Assembly: GCA_964501235.1 (NCBI GenBank) | Contig: CAZCSD010000003.1 | Span: forward strand, 4,153 to 68,152 | Reading direction: 5' to 3' | Source of the DNA: an uncultured Polaromonas sp. | GTDB lineage: Bacteria > Pseudomonadota > Gammaproteobacteria > Burkholderiales > Burkholderiaceae_C | DNA length: 64,000 nt | Shown: in pieces, positions 47,332 through 57,333 of the stretch | Numbering within the stretch: the stretch's first letter is position 1 | Layout of the letters: every line of letters starts with the position of its first letter | The notes under the pieces: generated by a model | What the model was told of the DNA's origin: nothing | Databases searched by the model: none | Seen by the model: the letters and a program-made list of their open reading frames with translations, nothing else | Position numbers and translations under genes: made by a program

Positions 47332-50201
47332 CAGGCCACCTCACGCGCCTCTCCGGCGCCGTAGAGGTTGCTGGTGCACCGCCCGCACAGCGTGGGGTGT
47401 GCCGGATCGTGGCCCACATCGTCGCGGTAATGCCAGCAGCGCTCGCACTTGGGCGCCGCGCTGGGCGCGACCTCGATGCGCAGCGCCTGACCCTGTACGC
47501 AGTGCAACTGCGAGGTGATGAAGACAAAGCGTGCATCCTCGCCCAGACTCTCGATCAGCGTAAAGTCCTGCGGCGGCAGATGCAGGGTGACCGTGGCCTG
47601 TAGCGAGGAGCCGACCTGACCGGCCGCCCGCAGGCTCTCGATCTCCTTGTTGACGGCATCGCGAATGTCGCGGATGCGTGCCCATCGTGCGAGCAGGGCC
47701 GCATCGGGCGTACCCAGGTCGGCATAGGTTTCCAGGAAGATGGATTCGGAGCGTCCAAAGCTCATCCAGGCTTCTTCGGCGGTAAACGACAGGAAGGGCG
47801 CCATCCATCGCAGCATGGCGTGCGTGATGCGATACAGAGCCGTCTGCGCGCTGCGGCGCGCCAGGCTGTCGGGGGCGGTGGTGTAGAGCCTGTCCTTGAG
47901 CACATCCAGGTAGAAGGCGCCCAGGTCTTCCGAGCAGTAAACCTGCAGCTTGGAGACCACCGGATGGAATTCATAGACCTCGTAGTGCCGCAGGATCTCG
48001 CTTTGCAGCTCGGCCATGCGGGCCAGCGCGTAGCGGTCGATCTCCAGCAGCTGTGCATCGGGCACGGCATGGCGGGCCGGATCAAAGTCGCTCACATTGG
48101 CCAGCAGAAAGCGCAGCGTGTTGCGAATGCGACGGTAGGCGTCGACCACCCGGGCCAGGATCTTGTCGTCGATATTCAGATCGCCCGAGTAGTCGGTGGC
48201 GGCCACCCACAGCCGCACGATTTCGGCGCCGAGCTTTTGCGTGATTTCCTGCGGCACCACCACGTTGCCCAGGGATTTGCTCATTTTGCGTCCCTGGCCA
48301 TCGGTGGCAAAGCCGTGTGTCAGCAAGCCTCGGTAGGGCGCCCGGCCTTCGAGCGCGCAGCCCAGCAGCAAAGAGCTGTGGAACCAGCCGCGATGCTGGT
48401 CGTGTCCTTCCAGGTAGAGGTCGGCCTCGGGTCCTTGATCATGGTGGGGCGGGCGGGCGTAGGCCTCCTTGTGGCTGCCGCGCAGCACATGGCTGAAAGT
48501 GCTGCCCGAGTCGAACCAAACCTCCAGAATGTCGGTGCTCTTGGTGTAGTGCACCGCTTCCGGACCCAAGATCTCCTCGGCAGTGACCCGGCTCCAGGCC
48601 TCGATACCGCCGCGTTCCACTCGCTCGGCCGCTTGGTCCAGGATATCCAGGGTGCGTGGGTGTAATTCGCCGCTTTCCTTGTGGATGAAAAAGGGCAGCG
48701 GCACACCCCAGCTACGCTGGCGTGAAATACACCAGTCGGGACGGCCTGCGATCATGTCGCGCAAGCGGGTCTTGCCGTTTTCGGGGTAGAAGCGGGTTTG
48801 TTCGATCGCCTCCAGGGCGAGTTGGCGCAGGGACTGGGCCGGCTTGAGCGCCGGGTTTTCGAAAACGCCGTTACCCTCGTCCATGCGCACAAACCACTGC
48901 GGAGCGGCGCGATAGATCACTGGGGTCTTGTGCCGCCAGCAGTGTGGATAGCTGTGGGTGATGGTGTGCGTGGCCATCAGCCGACCGGCCTCGCGCAGGG
49001 TTTGCAAGATGACGGGCACCGCTTTCCAGATGTGCTGACCGCCGAACAGAGGCAGGTCCGTGGCGTACAGACCATTGCCTTGCACCGGATTGAGGATGTC
49101 CTGGTAATCGAGGCCGTGGGCCACACAGGAGTTGAAGTCGTCCACGCCGTAGGCCGGGGCTGAATGCACGATGCCCGTGCCATCGGTGTCGCTCACATAG
49201 TCGGCCAGGTACAGCGGCGCCTTGCGGGTGTAGCTGTAGCGGCCCACCGGGGTCGGGACGTCGTGCAGCGGATGGCGGAAGACCAATCCCTTAAGAGCCT
49301 GGCCCTTGGCGGTGGCGATCACCGAACCTTCCAGCCCGTAGCGTTTCAGACAGGTTTCAACCAGGCCGGCTGCCAGCAGCAGCACGCCGCTTGGCGTGTC
49401 CACCAGTGCGTAGTCAAGTTCCGGGTGGGCGTTGAGGGCCTGGTTGGCGGGCAGGGTCCACGCGGTGGTGGTCCAGATCACGGCAAAGCCCGTCTTACCT
49501 GGGGGCAGGGCTTCGAGTCCAAAAGCTTGCGCCAACTGGCCCGGCGTATCGGCCTCGAAGGCCACGTCCAGGGTCTCGCTTTTCTTGTCGGCGTATTCGA
49601 TTTCAAACTCGGCCAGAGACGAACCGCAGTCGAAGCACCAGTACACCGGCTTGAGGCCCCGGTAGACAAAGCCGCGTTCGATCACCCGCTTGAAGGCGCG
49701 AATCTCCCCGGCCTCGTTGGCAAAGTCCATGGTGCGGTACGGTCGCTCCCAGTCGCCGAGCACGCCCAGTCGCTGAAAGTCTTCAAGCTGCTGTTCGATT
49801 TGCTCAGTGGCAAAGGCGCGACTCTTGGCTTGCATCTCATCGCGCGAGAGGTGCCGGCCGTGCAGTTTTTCGATCGCGTTTTCGATCGGCAGACCGTGAC
49901 AATCCCAGCCGGGGATGTACTGCGCGTCAAAACCAGCCAGCTGCCGTGTCTTGACGATCATGTCCTTGAGCACCTTGTTGAGCGCATGGCCTATGTGCAG
50001 TTTGCCATTGGCATAGGGTGGCCCGTCGTGCAGGACGAACAGAGGTCGGCCGGCACTGGCTTGACGTAGCTTTCGATATAGACCGCTGTCATTCCAGGCT
50101 TTGACCCAGGCCGGCTCGCGTTTGGGCAAATCGCCTCGCATCGGAAAGGGCGTGTCCGGCAGGTTCAGGGTGGCGCGGTAATCCGTGGCTTTTTCACTCA
50201 T
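47331..50201 (-). CDS. ileS: Isoleucine--tRNA ligase
   Basis: [58 protein letters not shown]-terminal CERCWH...CGRC zinc finger. Confidence 0.98.
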   Translation of the reverse strand: MSEKATDYRATLNLPDTPFPMRGDLPKREPAWVKAWNDSGLYRKLRQASAGRPLFVLHDGPPYANGKLHIGHALNKVLKDMIVKTRQLAGFDAQYIPGWDCHGLPIENAIEKLHGRHLSRDEMQAKSRAFATEQIEQQLEDFQRLGVLGDWERPYRTMDFANEAGEIRAFKRVIERGFVYRGLKPVYWCFDCGSSLAEFEIEYADKKSETLDVAFEADTPGQLAQAFGLEALPPGKTGFAVIWTTTAWTLPANQALNAHPELDYALVDTPSGVLLLAAGLVETCLKRYGLEGSVIATAKGQALKGLVFRHPLHDVPTPVGRYSYTRKAPLYLADYVSDTDGTGIVHSAPAYGVDDFNSCVAHGLDYQDILNPVQGNGLYATDLPLFGGQHIWKAVPVILQTLREAGRLMATHTITHSYPHCWRHKTPVIYRAAPQWFVRMDEGNGVFENPALKPAQSLRQLALEAIEQTRFYPENGKTRLRDMIAGRPDWCISRQRSWGVPLPFFIHKESGELHPRTLDILDQAAERVERGGIEAWSRVTAEEILGPEAVHYTKSTDILEVWFDSGSTFSHVLRGSHKEAYARPPHHDQGPEADLYLEGHDQHRGWFHSSLLLGCALEGRAPYRGLLTHGFATDGQGRKMSKSLGNVVVPQEITQKLGAEIVRLWVAATDYSGDLNIDDKILARVVDAYRRIRNTLRFLLANVSDFDPARHAVPDAQLLEIDRYALARMAELQSEILRHYEVYEFHPVVSKLQVYCSEDLGAFYLDVLKDRLYTTAPDSLARRSAQTALYRITHAMLRWMAPFLSFTAEEAWMSFGRSESIFLETYADLGTPDAALLARWARIRDIRDAVNKEIESLRAAGQVGSSLQATVTLHLPPQDFTLIESLGEDARFVFITSQLHCVQGQALRIEVAPSAAPKCERCWHYRDDVGHDPAHPTLCGRCTSNLYGAGEAREVA

Positions 50202-50344
50202 GGGTGTGACGGTGATGGGGCTGCGGCGCAGCGGCTGTGGGTCGACGGGGTCGGGGCTGTGGGTCTCAGCGCCCCTGGGCTTGGGTGGCAGGGCAGCAGA
50301 CCCCTGGCCGGCTCATCGGCGGGCCGGGGCAAGCGGCCCTGGCT

Positions 50345-51367
50345 TCAAATTCGGTCGCGGGTGGTCTGCCGACGCGTTTGACCATGGCGCGAGGCGAACC
50401 AGGCGCGGGCGTGCTCACAATCGGCGTCAATGCCCTCTGTCAGGGCCTCCAGGCCTTCGTACTTGCGTTCGTCGTGTAGTTTGTGCAGCAGGTCCACGCG
50501 CACGATTTTACCGTAGCCCCCCTCGAGGGCCAGCGGGTCCGGCCAGTTGAGCACATGGCTCTCCAGCAGCACCTGTCCGGCGTTGATGTCGCTGGCCTCC
50601 AGCGAGGGACGCACCCCGAAGTTGGCCACGCCCTGGAGAGCTTCGGGTGCCAGGCCATGCACTTCGACCACGAAAATGCCGCCGGCGGCCGGCTTACGGT
50701 GGGCAAATCGCAGATTGAGCGTGCGAAAGCCCTGGCCTGCGCCCATCCGACCGGCGCCCAGCTGGCGTCCGAGTTTGCGACCATGCACCACATGTCCCGA
50801 AATGGCGTAGGGACGGCCGAGCAGACTCGCAGCCAGACTCATATTTCCCAGCGCCAGGGCTTCGCGCACGGCCGAGCTCGAAACCCGCAGGCCGTGCACC
50901 TCGTAGCTGTTCATGCGGGCTACATCAAAGCCCAGCTCTGCGCCTGCTGCATCGAGCATGGCGTAATCACCTGCACGCCGAGCGCCAAAGCGGAAGTCGT
51001 CGCCAACCAGCACATAGCGCACCTGCAGACCCTGCACCAGAATCTCGGTGATGAATCGACGCGCATCAAGCCCGGCCAGCGAGGCGCGAAAGGGCAAAAC
51101 CACCACCTCGTCTACGCCGCAGCGCTGTAATTCGGTGAGTTTGTCGCGCAGGGTGGAGATGCGTGCCGGTGCCAACTCGGGGGAGAAATACTCGCGAGGG
51201 TGCGGCTCGAAAGTCATGACGCGCACCGGCAAATCGCGGTGAGCCGCCTCGCTGCGCAGCAGAGCCAGCATGGCCTGATGGCCTCGATGCACGCCATCGA
51301 AATTACCGATGGTCAAGGCGCAGGGGCTGGCCAGATCACGGTGCTGGTATCCACGGAAAATCCTCAT
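50345..51367 (-). CDS. ribF: Bifunctional riboflavin kinase / FAD synthetase
   Basis: IGNFDGVHRGH, TFEPHP, VGDDFRFG, VSSSAVR, V.HGRKLGR, ESH; ribF-ileS-lspA order. Confidence 0.96.
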   Translation of the reverse strand: MRIFRGYQHRDLASPCALTIGNFDGVHRGHQAMLALLRSEAAHRDLPVRVMTFEPHPREYFSPELAPARISTLRDKLTELQRCGVDEVVVLPFRASLAGLDARRFITEILVQGLQVRYVLVGDDFRFGARRAGDYAMLDAAGAELGFDVARMNSYEVHGLRVSSSAVREALALGNMSLAASLLGRPYAISGHVVHGRKLGRQLGAGRMGAGQGFRTLNLRFAHRKPAAGGIFVVEVHGLAPEALQGVANFGVRPSLEASDINAGQVLLESHVLNWPDPLALEGGYGKIVRVDLLHKLHDERKYEGLEALTEGIDADCEHARAWFASRHGQTRRQTTRDRI

Positions 51368-51502
51368 GTCGCCCAGATTATCGGCCGGTCTGAAGAAAGG
51401 TCATCAATTCAAGTTATATTGTGTCTATAGCGTGGTCGGGTCAGGGCGGTGAGGCTCGGGGCCCGCAGCGTGACCGTCTGTCTTGCCGTTCAGGAGGTTC
51501 GC

Positions 51503-52060
51503 TTGAAGGTATTGAAGCTCTCCGCCCAGGGCTTGCCGCAGTCCTGGATCAGTCTTGAGCAGGCCGTGCTGCACTATGCCGCCGACGAGGTGCGCTGGGA
51601 GGCCGGCGTCGAGGTGGCGCTGTTTCGGGGCGGGCACAATGCCCGCACCGGTGAGCAGTCGCAGATCCGCGTCAACAGCATCATCGGTACCCGGGGCGTT
51701 CCCAACATCAACCCCTTCGAGCTGCGGCCGGGTCTGACCAACGGCAAGCTGTTTGCCCGCGACCGCAATGTGTGTGCGTACTGTGGCAATCGCTTCCACG
51801 AGAGCGATTTGACCCGCGAGCACATCATTCCGTTTGCGCAAAACGGCGTAGACAGCTGGATGAATGTGGTCACCGCTTGCCGGTCTTGCAATCACCGCAA
51901 GGGCAGCCGAACCCCCGAGCAGGCGCGCATGTCCTTGCTCTACACGCCCTATGTGCCGAGCTTGTGGGAAGACTTCATTTTGCGCAATCGCCGCATCCTG
52001 GCCGATCAGATGGAGTTTTTAATGGCGCATGTGCCGCGCCATTCGCGGCTGCTTATCTGA
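51503..52060 (+). CDS. HNH endonuclease domain protein
   Basis: AGGAGG RBS before TTG 51503; LFARDR.VCAYCG...LTREHIIP...NVVTACRSCNHRKG. Confidence 0.88.
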   Translation: MKVLKLSAQGLPQSWISLEQAVLHYAADEVRWEAGVEVALFRGGHNARTGEQSQIRVNSIIGTRGVPNINPFELRPGLTNGKLFARDRNVCAYCGNRFHESDLTREHIIPFAQNGVDSWMNVVTACRSCNHRKGSRTPEQARMSLLYTPYVPSLWEDFILRNRRILADQMEFLMAHVPRHSRLLI

Positions 52061-52061
52061 A

Positions 52062-52099
52062 AGCCCCCGCCTGCCCCGGATGAGCCGGCGGGCGGGGCT
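52062..52099. terminator. GC-rich hairpin between convergent HNH and acyl-CoA dehydrogenase genes
   Basis: AGCCCCCGCCTG...CGGGCGGGGCT outer stem with an inner CCGG/CCGG pair. Confidence 0.45.
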
Positions 52100-52112
52100 G
52101 CGACCGCCGGAC

Positions 52113-53228
52113 TCAGCTGAAGACGCCGGCCGTATCGTCCATGCTGCTTGCGACTTGACCCAGGTGGTGCAGCGTATCGCCGAAGCTCAATTCGAGCTGG
52201 GTTAGCTTCTTGAAGCAGTGGCTGATGATGTACTCGTCCGTCACACCGATGCCTCCGTGCAATTGCACGCTCTGCTGGCCCACAAAACGCATGGATTGTC
52301 CGAGCTGTACCTTGGCCCGGGCGATCGCTTGCCGCCGCTCGGTCGGCGATGCATCGAGTTTGAGCCAGGCGTAATAGCTCATAGACCGTCCGAGCTCGAC
52401 CTGCATCTTCATATCGGCTACCCGGTGCCGCAAGGCCTGAAAGCTGGCGATGGGTACGCCGAATTGCTGGCGCTGCTTGATGTAGTCACAGGTGATATCC
52501 AGGCTGCGCTCCATGACGGCCACCGCCTCAGCGCAGACGCAGGCGGTGCCCACGTCGACCGCATGTGACAGCGCGGCCAGGCCGTCGGTGGTGACCAGTG
52601 CGGCTGGCGTGTCTTGAAAATGCAGCTCGGCGGCGCGGCCGCCCTCTTGGGTGCTGTAGCCCTGGCGGTGCAGGCCCGCCGCGCTGGCCTCGATGCAAAA
52701 GAGGGCGATCTGCCCTTCCAGCTGGGCCGAGACGATCAGCGCCCCGGCTTGATCCCCGGCCGGCACCACATGCTTGCTACCGTTGAGCCGGTAGGCCCCT
52801 CCCCCGCCGCTGGCCTGCGTCTGGCAAACATCGGGACGGTGGCGCCCGCCGCGCTCCTGCCAGGCCAGCGCGATCAAGCTTTGACCGCTGGCCAGCTCGG
52901 GGAGCCAATGCGCCTGCAAGGCCTTTGGCGCCCAGGTCGATAGCAGCAGGCCGGCCATCAGGGCTTGTGACAGCGGCTCGAGCACCAGACCACGGCCCAA
53001 TTCTTCCATCACCACCATGGCCTCCACCGGACCGAGTCCCAGGCCCCCGTGTTCGGCTGGCACGCTCAGTCCGGTCAGTCCGAGCTCGGCCATCTCCAGG
53101 TAGGCCTGCCGGGAAAATCCACCGTCCCGCGCGATCTGGCGACGTCTTTCGAAGACATAGGCCTTCTCCACCCAGCGCGCCACCGCCTCGCGCAGCTGCA
53201 ACTGGTCGTCTGAGAAATCGAAATCCAT
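52113..53228 (-). CDS. Acyl-CoA dehydrogenase (PimD-like subunit)
   Basis: MDFDFSDDQ, ELGRGL..EP, RQQFGVPIASFQALRHRVADM, QLHGGIG.TDE. Confidence 0.88.
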   Translation of the reverse strand: MDFDFSDDQLQLREAVARWVEKAYVFERRRQIARDGGFSRQAYLEMAELGLTGLSVPAEHGGLGLGPVEAMVVMEELGRGLVLEPLSQALMAGLLLSTWAPKALQAHWLPELASGQSLIALAWQERGGRHRPDVCQTQASGGGGAYRLNGSKHVVPAGDQAGALIVSAQLEGQIALFCIEASAAGLHRQGYSTQEGGRAAELHFQDTPAALVTTDGLAALSHAVDVGTACVCAEAVAVMERSLDITCDYIKQRQQFGVPIASFQALRHRVADMKMQVELGRSMSYYAWLKLDASPTERRQAIARAKVQLGQSMRFVGQQSVQLHGGIGVTDEYIISHCFKKLTQLELSFGDTLHHLGQVASSMDDTAGVFS

Positions 53229-53240
53229 GCGATCTTCCTT

Positions 53241-54443
53241 TCAGCCCAGCAAGGCCTGCGCCACGATATTGCGCTGCACTTCGTTGCTGCCGCCGTAAAT
53301 CGTGGTCTTGCGCATATTGAAATAGTTGGGCGCCAGCGGCGCGCAGTGCATCGCACCGCCTGGAAAAGCCGGCAATGGCCCGACCTGATCGCCCTGCCAG
53401 CCGGCGTCCATGGCCTCGAACAGCAGCGGCAAGGCGCTGGGTCCGGCTGCGAGCATCATCAACTCGGTGTAGCGCTGCTGGATTTCGCTGCCGCGTATCT
53501 TGAGCAGGCCGGCGATGTCCAGCGATTGCTTGCCTGAGCGCTCGGCCGATAGCACCCGCAGCACCATCATCTCCAAAGCCACGACATCGACTTCAAGCAG
53601 CGCGATCTGGTCACGAAAGCGCCAGTCGTCCCAGACACCTTCGGTACGCGCGATGCGCTTGAGGCGTTCGAGTTCTCTCTTGGCGCGGTTGACATCGGCA
53701 ATATTGGTTCGCTCGTGTCCGAGCAGGTATTTGGCGTAGGTCCAACCCTTGTTTTCCTCGCCCACCAGATTTTCCGCCGGGACCTCGACCTGATCGAACC
53801 AGACCTCGTTGACCTCGCACTCGCCATCGAGCAGCCGGATGGGGCGCACGCTGACACCGGGCGACTTCATGTCGATCAGCAGGAAGCTGATGCCGGTCTG
53901 CGGCTTGCCCTCGTGGCTGGTGCGCACCAGGCAGAAGATCCAGTCGCCATATTGGCCAAAGGTGGTCCAGGTCTTTTGGCCATTGACGATGTAGCGGTCT
54001 GCCCTGCGTTCAGCGCGCGTCTTGAGGGAGGCCAGGTCAGAGCCGGAGCCGGGCTCACTGTAGCCCTGGCTCCACCAGACTTCGCCGCTGGCAATGCCGG
54101 GCAAAAAGCGCTGCTGCTGCTCGGCGCTGCCGAAAGCCATGATCACCGGCGCAACCATCACTGGGCCGAAAGGAACGACACGCGGCGCTCCAGCCAGGGC
54201 GCACTCTTCTTCGAACAAGTGTCGCTGCACTGCGTTCCAGCCTGGACCGCCGAAGGCCTTGGGCCAGGCATGGCCCAGCCAGCCTTTGGAGCCGAGGATT
54301 TTTGCCCAGCCCTGCATGTCTTGGCGGGTCAGGCGCAGACCCTGTTTGACTTTATCGGCAATCGGTCGTGGCAGGTGGGCCCGAACCCAGGTTCGGATCT
54401 CATCTCGAAACTGCAATTCTTCGGCGGTAAAGGCCAGATCCAT
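53241..54443 (-). CDS. Acyl-CoA dehydrogenase (PimC-like subunit)
   Basis: GGAG RBS, MDLAFT.EE; WWSQGYSEPGSGSDLASL, NGQKTWTT, GISFLL, TIYGGSNEVQRNI. Confidence 0.9.
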   Translation of the reverse strand: MDLAFTAEELQFRDEIRTWVRAHLPRPIADKVKQGLRLTRQDMQGWAKILGSKGWLGHAWPKAFGGPGWNAVQRHLFEEECALAGAPRVVPFGPVMVAPVIMAFGSAEQQQRFLPGIASGEVWWSQGYSEPGSGSDLASLKTRAERRADRYIVNGQKTWTTFGQYGDWIFCLVRTSHEGKPQTGISFLLIDMKSPGVSVRPIRLLDGECEVNEVWFDQVEVPAENLVGEENKGWTYAKYLLGHERTNIADVNRAKRELERLKRIARTEGVWDDWRFRDQIALLEVDVVALEMMVLRVLSAERSGKQSLDIAGLLKIRGSEIQQRYTELMMLAAGPSALPLLFEAMDAGWQGDQVGPLPAFPGGAMHCAPLAPNYFNMRKTTIYGGSNEVQRNIVAQALLG

Positions 54444-54592
54444 GCGTTCATCTCCATGAGGCTGGGCCTTCAAGGCCCGCAGGTTGGGGTCGGCCCTGCA
54501 CCCCGCAGTGCCAACACGGCTGTCATTGTGACCGCAGCCGGGCCGGTTGGTTCTCCCGGGGCTGGCCGACCGGCTCCTTCTAAACTCGAGGC

Positions 54593-55225
54593 ATGTCCCA
54601 ACAGCTGCCATCGCGATCCAAGACCCCTGCTCCTGCCGGCGCGACGCGGCCTATCGTCATTCTCATCTCAGGCGGCGGCTCGAACATGCGGGCCCTGGTA
54701 GAGGCGGCCCAGCGCGAGGGCTGGGCCGAGCGTCTGAAAGCGCGGGTGGTGGCGGTGATCAGCAATCGCCCCGATGCCAAGGGGCTCGATTGGGCGCGGG
54801 CGGCGGGCCTGGCCACGCAGGTGCTTGACCATCGCGGCTTTGACAGCCGCGAGGCCTTCGATGTCGAACTCATGCGATTGATCGATGGTCACCAGCCCGC
54901 GCTGGTCCTGCTGGCTGGCTTCATGCGCATCCTCACGCCCGACTTTGTGCGGCATTACGAAGGGCGCTTGGTCAATATCCATCCCTCGCTGCTACCGGCC
55001 TTTCCTGGCTTGCACACTCACCGCCGCGCGCTGGAGGCGGGCTGCAAGTTCGCTGGCGCCACCGTGCATCTGGTGACGGCCGAGCTCGATCACGGACCTA
55101 TTTTGGCGCAGGCGGTCGTACCGGTGATGCCCGGCGATACAGAGCAGGCCCTGGCCCAGCGCGTACTCTCGCAGGAGCATCGGATTTACCCGCAAGCGGT
55201 GGCCGCCTGGCTGCAAAGCCATTGA
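54593..55225 (+). CDS. purN: Phosphoribosylglycinamide formyltransferase
   Basis: ILISGGGSN, VISNRP, LAGFMRIL, NIHPSLLP.FPG, GATVH.VT.ELD.GPI. Confidence 0.96.
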   Translation: MSQQLPSRSKTPAPAGATRPIVILISGGGSNMRALVEAAQREGWAERLKARVVAVISNRPDAKGLDWARAAGLATQVLDHRGFDSREAFDVELMRLIDGHQPALVLLAGFMRILTPDFVRHYEGRLVNIHPSLLPAFPGLHTHRRALEAGCKFAGATVHLVTAELDHGPILAQAVVPVMPGDTEQALAQRVLSQEHRIYPQAVAAWLQSH

Positions 55226-55283
55226 GTCCCTTTTCTGCTCTGCGCCGAGGCGGCGGGTGCCCCGGCGCGCCCAGAAGCCCAGC

Positions 55284-56894
55284 CTACATCTTGGCCTGAA
55301 ACACCAGCCCAGCATGTTCGCGCAGGGCGTGGAACTTGATCTTGGGCCACTGCTGCTCGACGGCGCGCAAGGTGGCGCTGTGGTCGACCAGCAGAGTCGG
55401 TGCGTCGACAGCGTCCAACGCCACCCGATGTTGATTGGCGTCGATGAACTTCTTGAGCTCGACCGCATCGTCCGCCGTGACCCAGCGTGCCAGGTTGAAG
55501 TGGCTGGCGCTGATGCGCGCTTTGACGCCGTATTCATGCTCGAGTCGATGGGCCACCACTTCAAACTGCAGTTGACCCACGGCGCCGAGCAGCAAAACCG
55601 AGCCGGCCACGGGGCGGAACACCTGGATCGCACCCTCCTCGCCAAGCTGGGTCAGACCAGCGCGTAGCTGCTTGGAGCGCAGCGGGTCGGCCACCTCCAC
55701 GCTGCGGAACATTTCCGGCGCAAAGAAAGGCAGCCCGGTAAATTGCAAGGCCTCGCCCTCAGTGAGGGTGTCGCCCAGCTGCAGTACGCCGTGGTTGGGA
55801 ATGCCGATGATGTCGCCGGCAAAGGCGGTGTCGAGCAATTCGCGTCGCTGGCTCATGAAGCTCACCACGGTGTTGGGCCGCAGCTCCTTGCCGCTGCGAA
55901 CCACCTTCAGTCGCATGCCCCGCTCAAACCGGCCTGAGGCCACCCGTAAAAAGGCAATCCGATCACGGTGGGCGGGGTCCATATTGGCCTGGATCTTAAA
56001 GACCACCCCAGAAAATTTCTTCTCATCGGGCTGTACCACCCGTTGCAGGGCGGCGCGATCGGCCGGGGGCGGGGCCAGGTCGACCAGTGCGTCAAGCACC
56101 TCCTGCACGCCGAAGTTGTTGATCGCCGAGCCAAAAAACATGGGTGTCTGCTGGCCGGTCAGGAAGTGGCCGTGCTCAAAAGCCGGAGTCGCTGCGGCCA
56201 CCAGCTCGATCTCGCCCCGGGCCTGGGCATACTCGGCACCAAAGCGCTGTACGGCCTGCGGATTGTTCAGGCCTTCGAGAATTTCATCCTCGCCGCCGGC
56301 CTTGTCCTCTCCCGGGCTGAAGATACGCATACGGTCGTTGCGCCGGTCGAAGACGCCGTGAAACAGCTTGCCCATGCCCACCGGCCAGGTGAAGGGCACT
56401 ACGGTCATACCCAGCTCTCTCTCGATCTCATCCATCAGGCCCATCGGGTCCTGAACCTCGCGGTCCATCTTGTTGACGAAGGTCAGGATGGGGGTATTGC
56501 GGGCCCGGCAAACTTGCAGCAGCCGCCGCGTTTGCGGCTCCACGCCGTTGGCCGCATCGATCACCATGAGTGCCGCATCGACCGCGGTGAGCACACGGTA
56601 CGTGTCTTCGGAGAAATCCTGATGACCTGGCGTGTCGAGCAAATTGATAACGCAATCGCGGTATTCCATCTGCATCACCGAGGAGGCCACCGAAATGCCG
56701 CGCTGCTTTTCGATTTCCATCCAGTCGGATGTGGCATGCCGCGCGGCCTTTCGCGCCTTGACACTGCCGGCAATCTGGATGGCGCCAGAGAAAAGCAGCA
56801 GTTTCTCGGTCAGGGTGGTTTTGCCGGCGTCGGGGTGGGAGATGATGGCAAAGGTTCGGCGGCGCCGAACCTGGCTGGCGATTTCTTCAGACAT
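55284..56894 (-). CDS. prfC: Peptide chain release factor 3
   Basis: RRTFAIISHPDAGKTTLTEKLLL, DTPGHQDFSEDTYR, NKMD, FKIQANMDP.HRDR. Confidence 0.97.
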   Translation of the reverse strand: MSEEIASQVRRRRTFAIISHPDAGKTTLTEKLLLFSGAIQIAGSVKARKAARHATSDWMEIEKQRGISVASSVMQMEYRDCVINLLDTPGHQDFSEDTYRVLTAVDAALMVIDAANGVEPQTRRLLQVCRARNTPILTFVNKMDREVQDPMGLMDEIERELGMTVVPFTWPVGMGKLFHGVFDRRNDRMRIFSPGEDKAGGEDEILEGLNNPQAVQRFGAEYAQARGEIELVAAATPAFEHGHFLTGQQTPMFFGSAINNFGVQEVLDALVDLAPPPADRAALQRVVQPDEKKFSGVVFKIQANMDPAHRDRIAFLRVASGRFERGMRLKVVRSGKELRPNTVVSFMSQRRELLDTAFAGDIIGIPNHGVLQLGDTLTEGEALQFTGLPFFAPEMFRSVEVADPLRSKQLRAGLTQLGEEGAIQVFRPVAGSVLLLGAVGQLQFEVVAHRLEHEYGVKARISASHFNLARWVTADDAVELKKFIDANQHRVALDAVDAPTLLVDHSATLRAVEQQWPKIKFHALREHAGLVFQAKM

Positions 56895-57042
56895 AAGTGG
56901 CGATTATCGGTGGCAGGGCCCTGGCATTACCGCAAGGGCGCAGCCTTCGCAGGGCCCTGCTCGGCGCCCGCGGGTGTGGGAGCTCTGCCTCGGGGCGATG
57001 GACGGTATGACAGCGCTGTGGTGACGATCGGTGCAGTTGCCC

Positions 57043-57303
57043 TCAGCCGTCCGAGCCGCCCTGTGCGGGTCCTTGCCATTGAAAGCGGGCTTGTCGCACG
57101 CCATTGATCTCGACATCTTCCTGGAACATGGCCGCCGGCCGCACCCACAAGCCCTGCCTGCCGTACAAGGCGCGGTAGAGCGTCATCGGCTCGAGCGTTT
57201 CGCTGTGACGCACCGTCCCCAGCACTTCATAGGGCAAGCCTTTGTAGTGCAAATACAGCCCCGGCGGGGTTTCGATCAGTTCGGGCAGGTCGTCATCGGT
57301 CAT
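57043..57303 (-). CDS. DUF1653 domain-containing protein
   Basis: GLY.HYKG..YEV....RHSET.E....YRALYG..GLWVRP..MF. Confidence 0.88.
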   Translation of the reverse strand: MTDDDLPELIETPPGLYLHYKGLPYEVLGTVRHSETLEPMTLYRALYGRQGLWVRPAAMFQEDVEINGVRQARFQWQGPAQGGSDG

Positions 57304-57333
57304 GGCGGGCTTTGCGGATGGGACAATGTGGGC

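Noticed and set aside
50202..50344. T-box or other leader RNA before ileS
   Set aside because: No T-box motif or terminator seen; only short GC-rich repeats (GGCTGTGGGTC twice); T-boxes are not expected in this lineage
51503..52060. HNH as part of a CRISPR/Cas9, IscB or restriction system
   Set aside because: Only about 185 aa; no RuvC, repeat array, methylase or room for an associated RNA nearby
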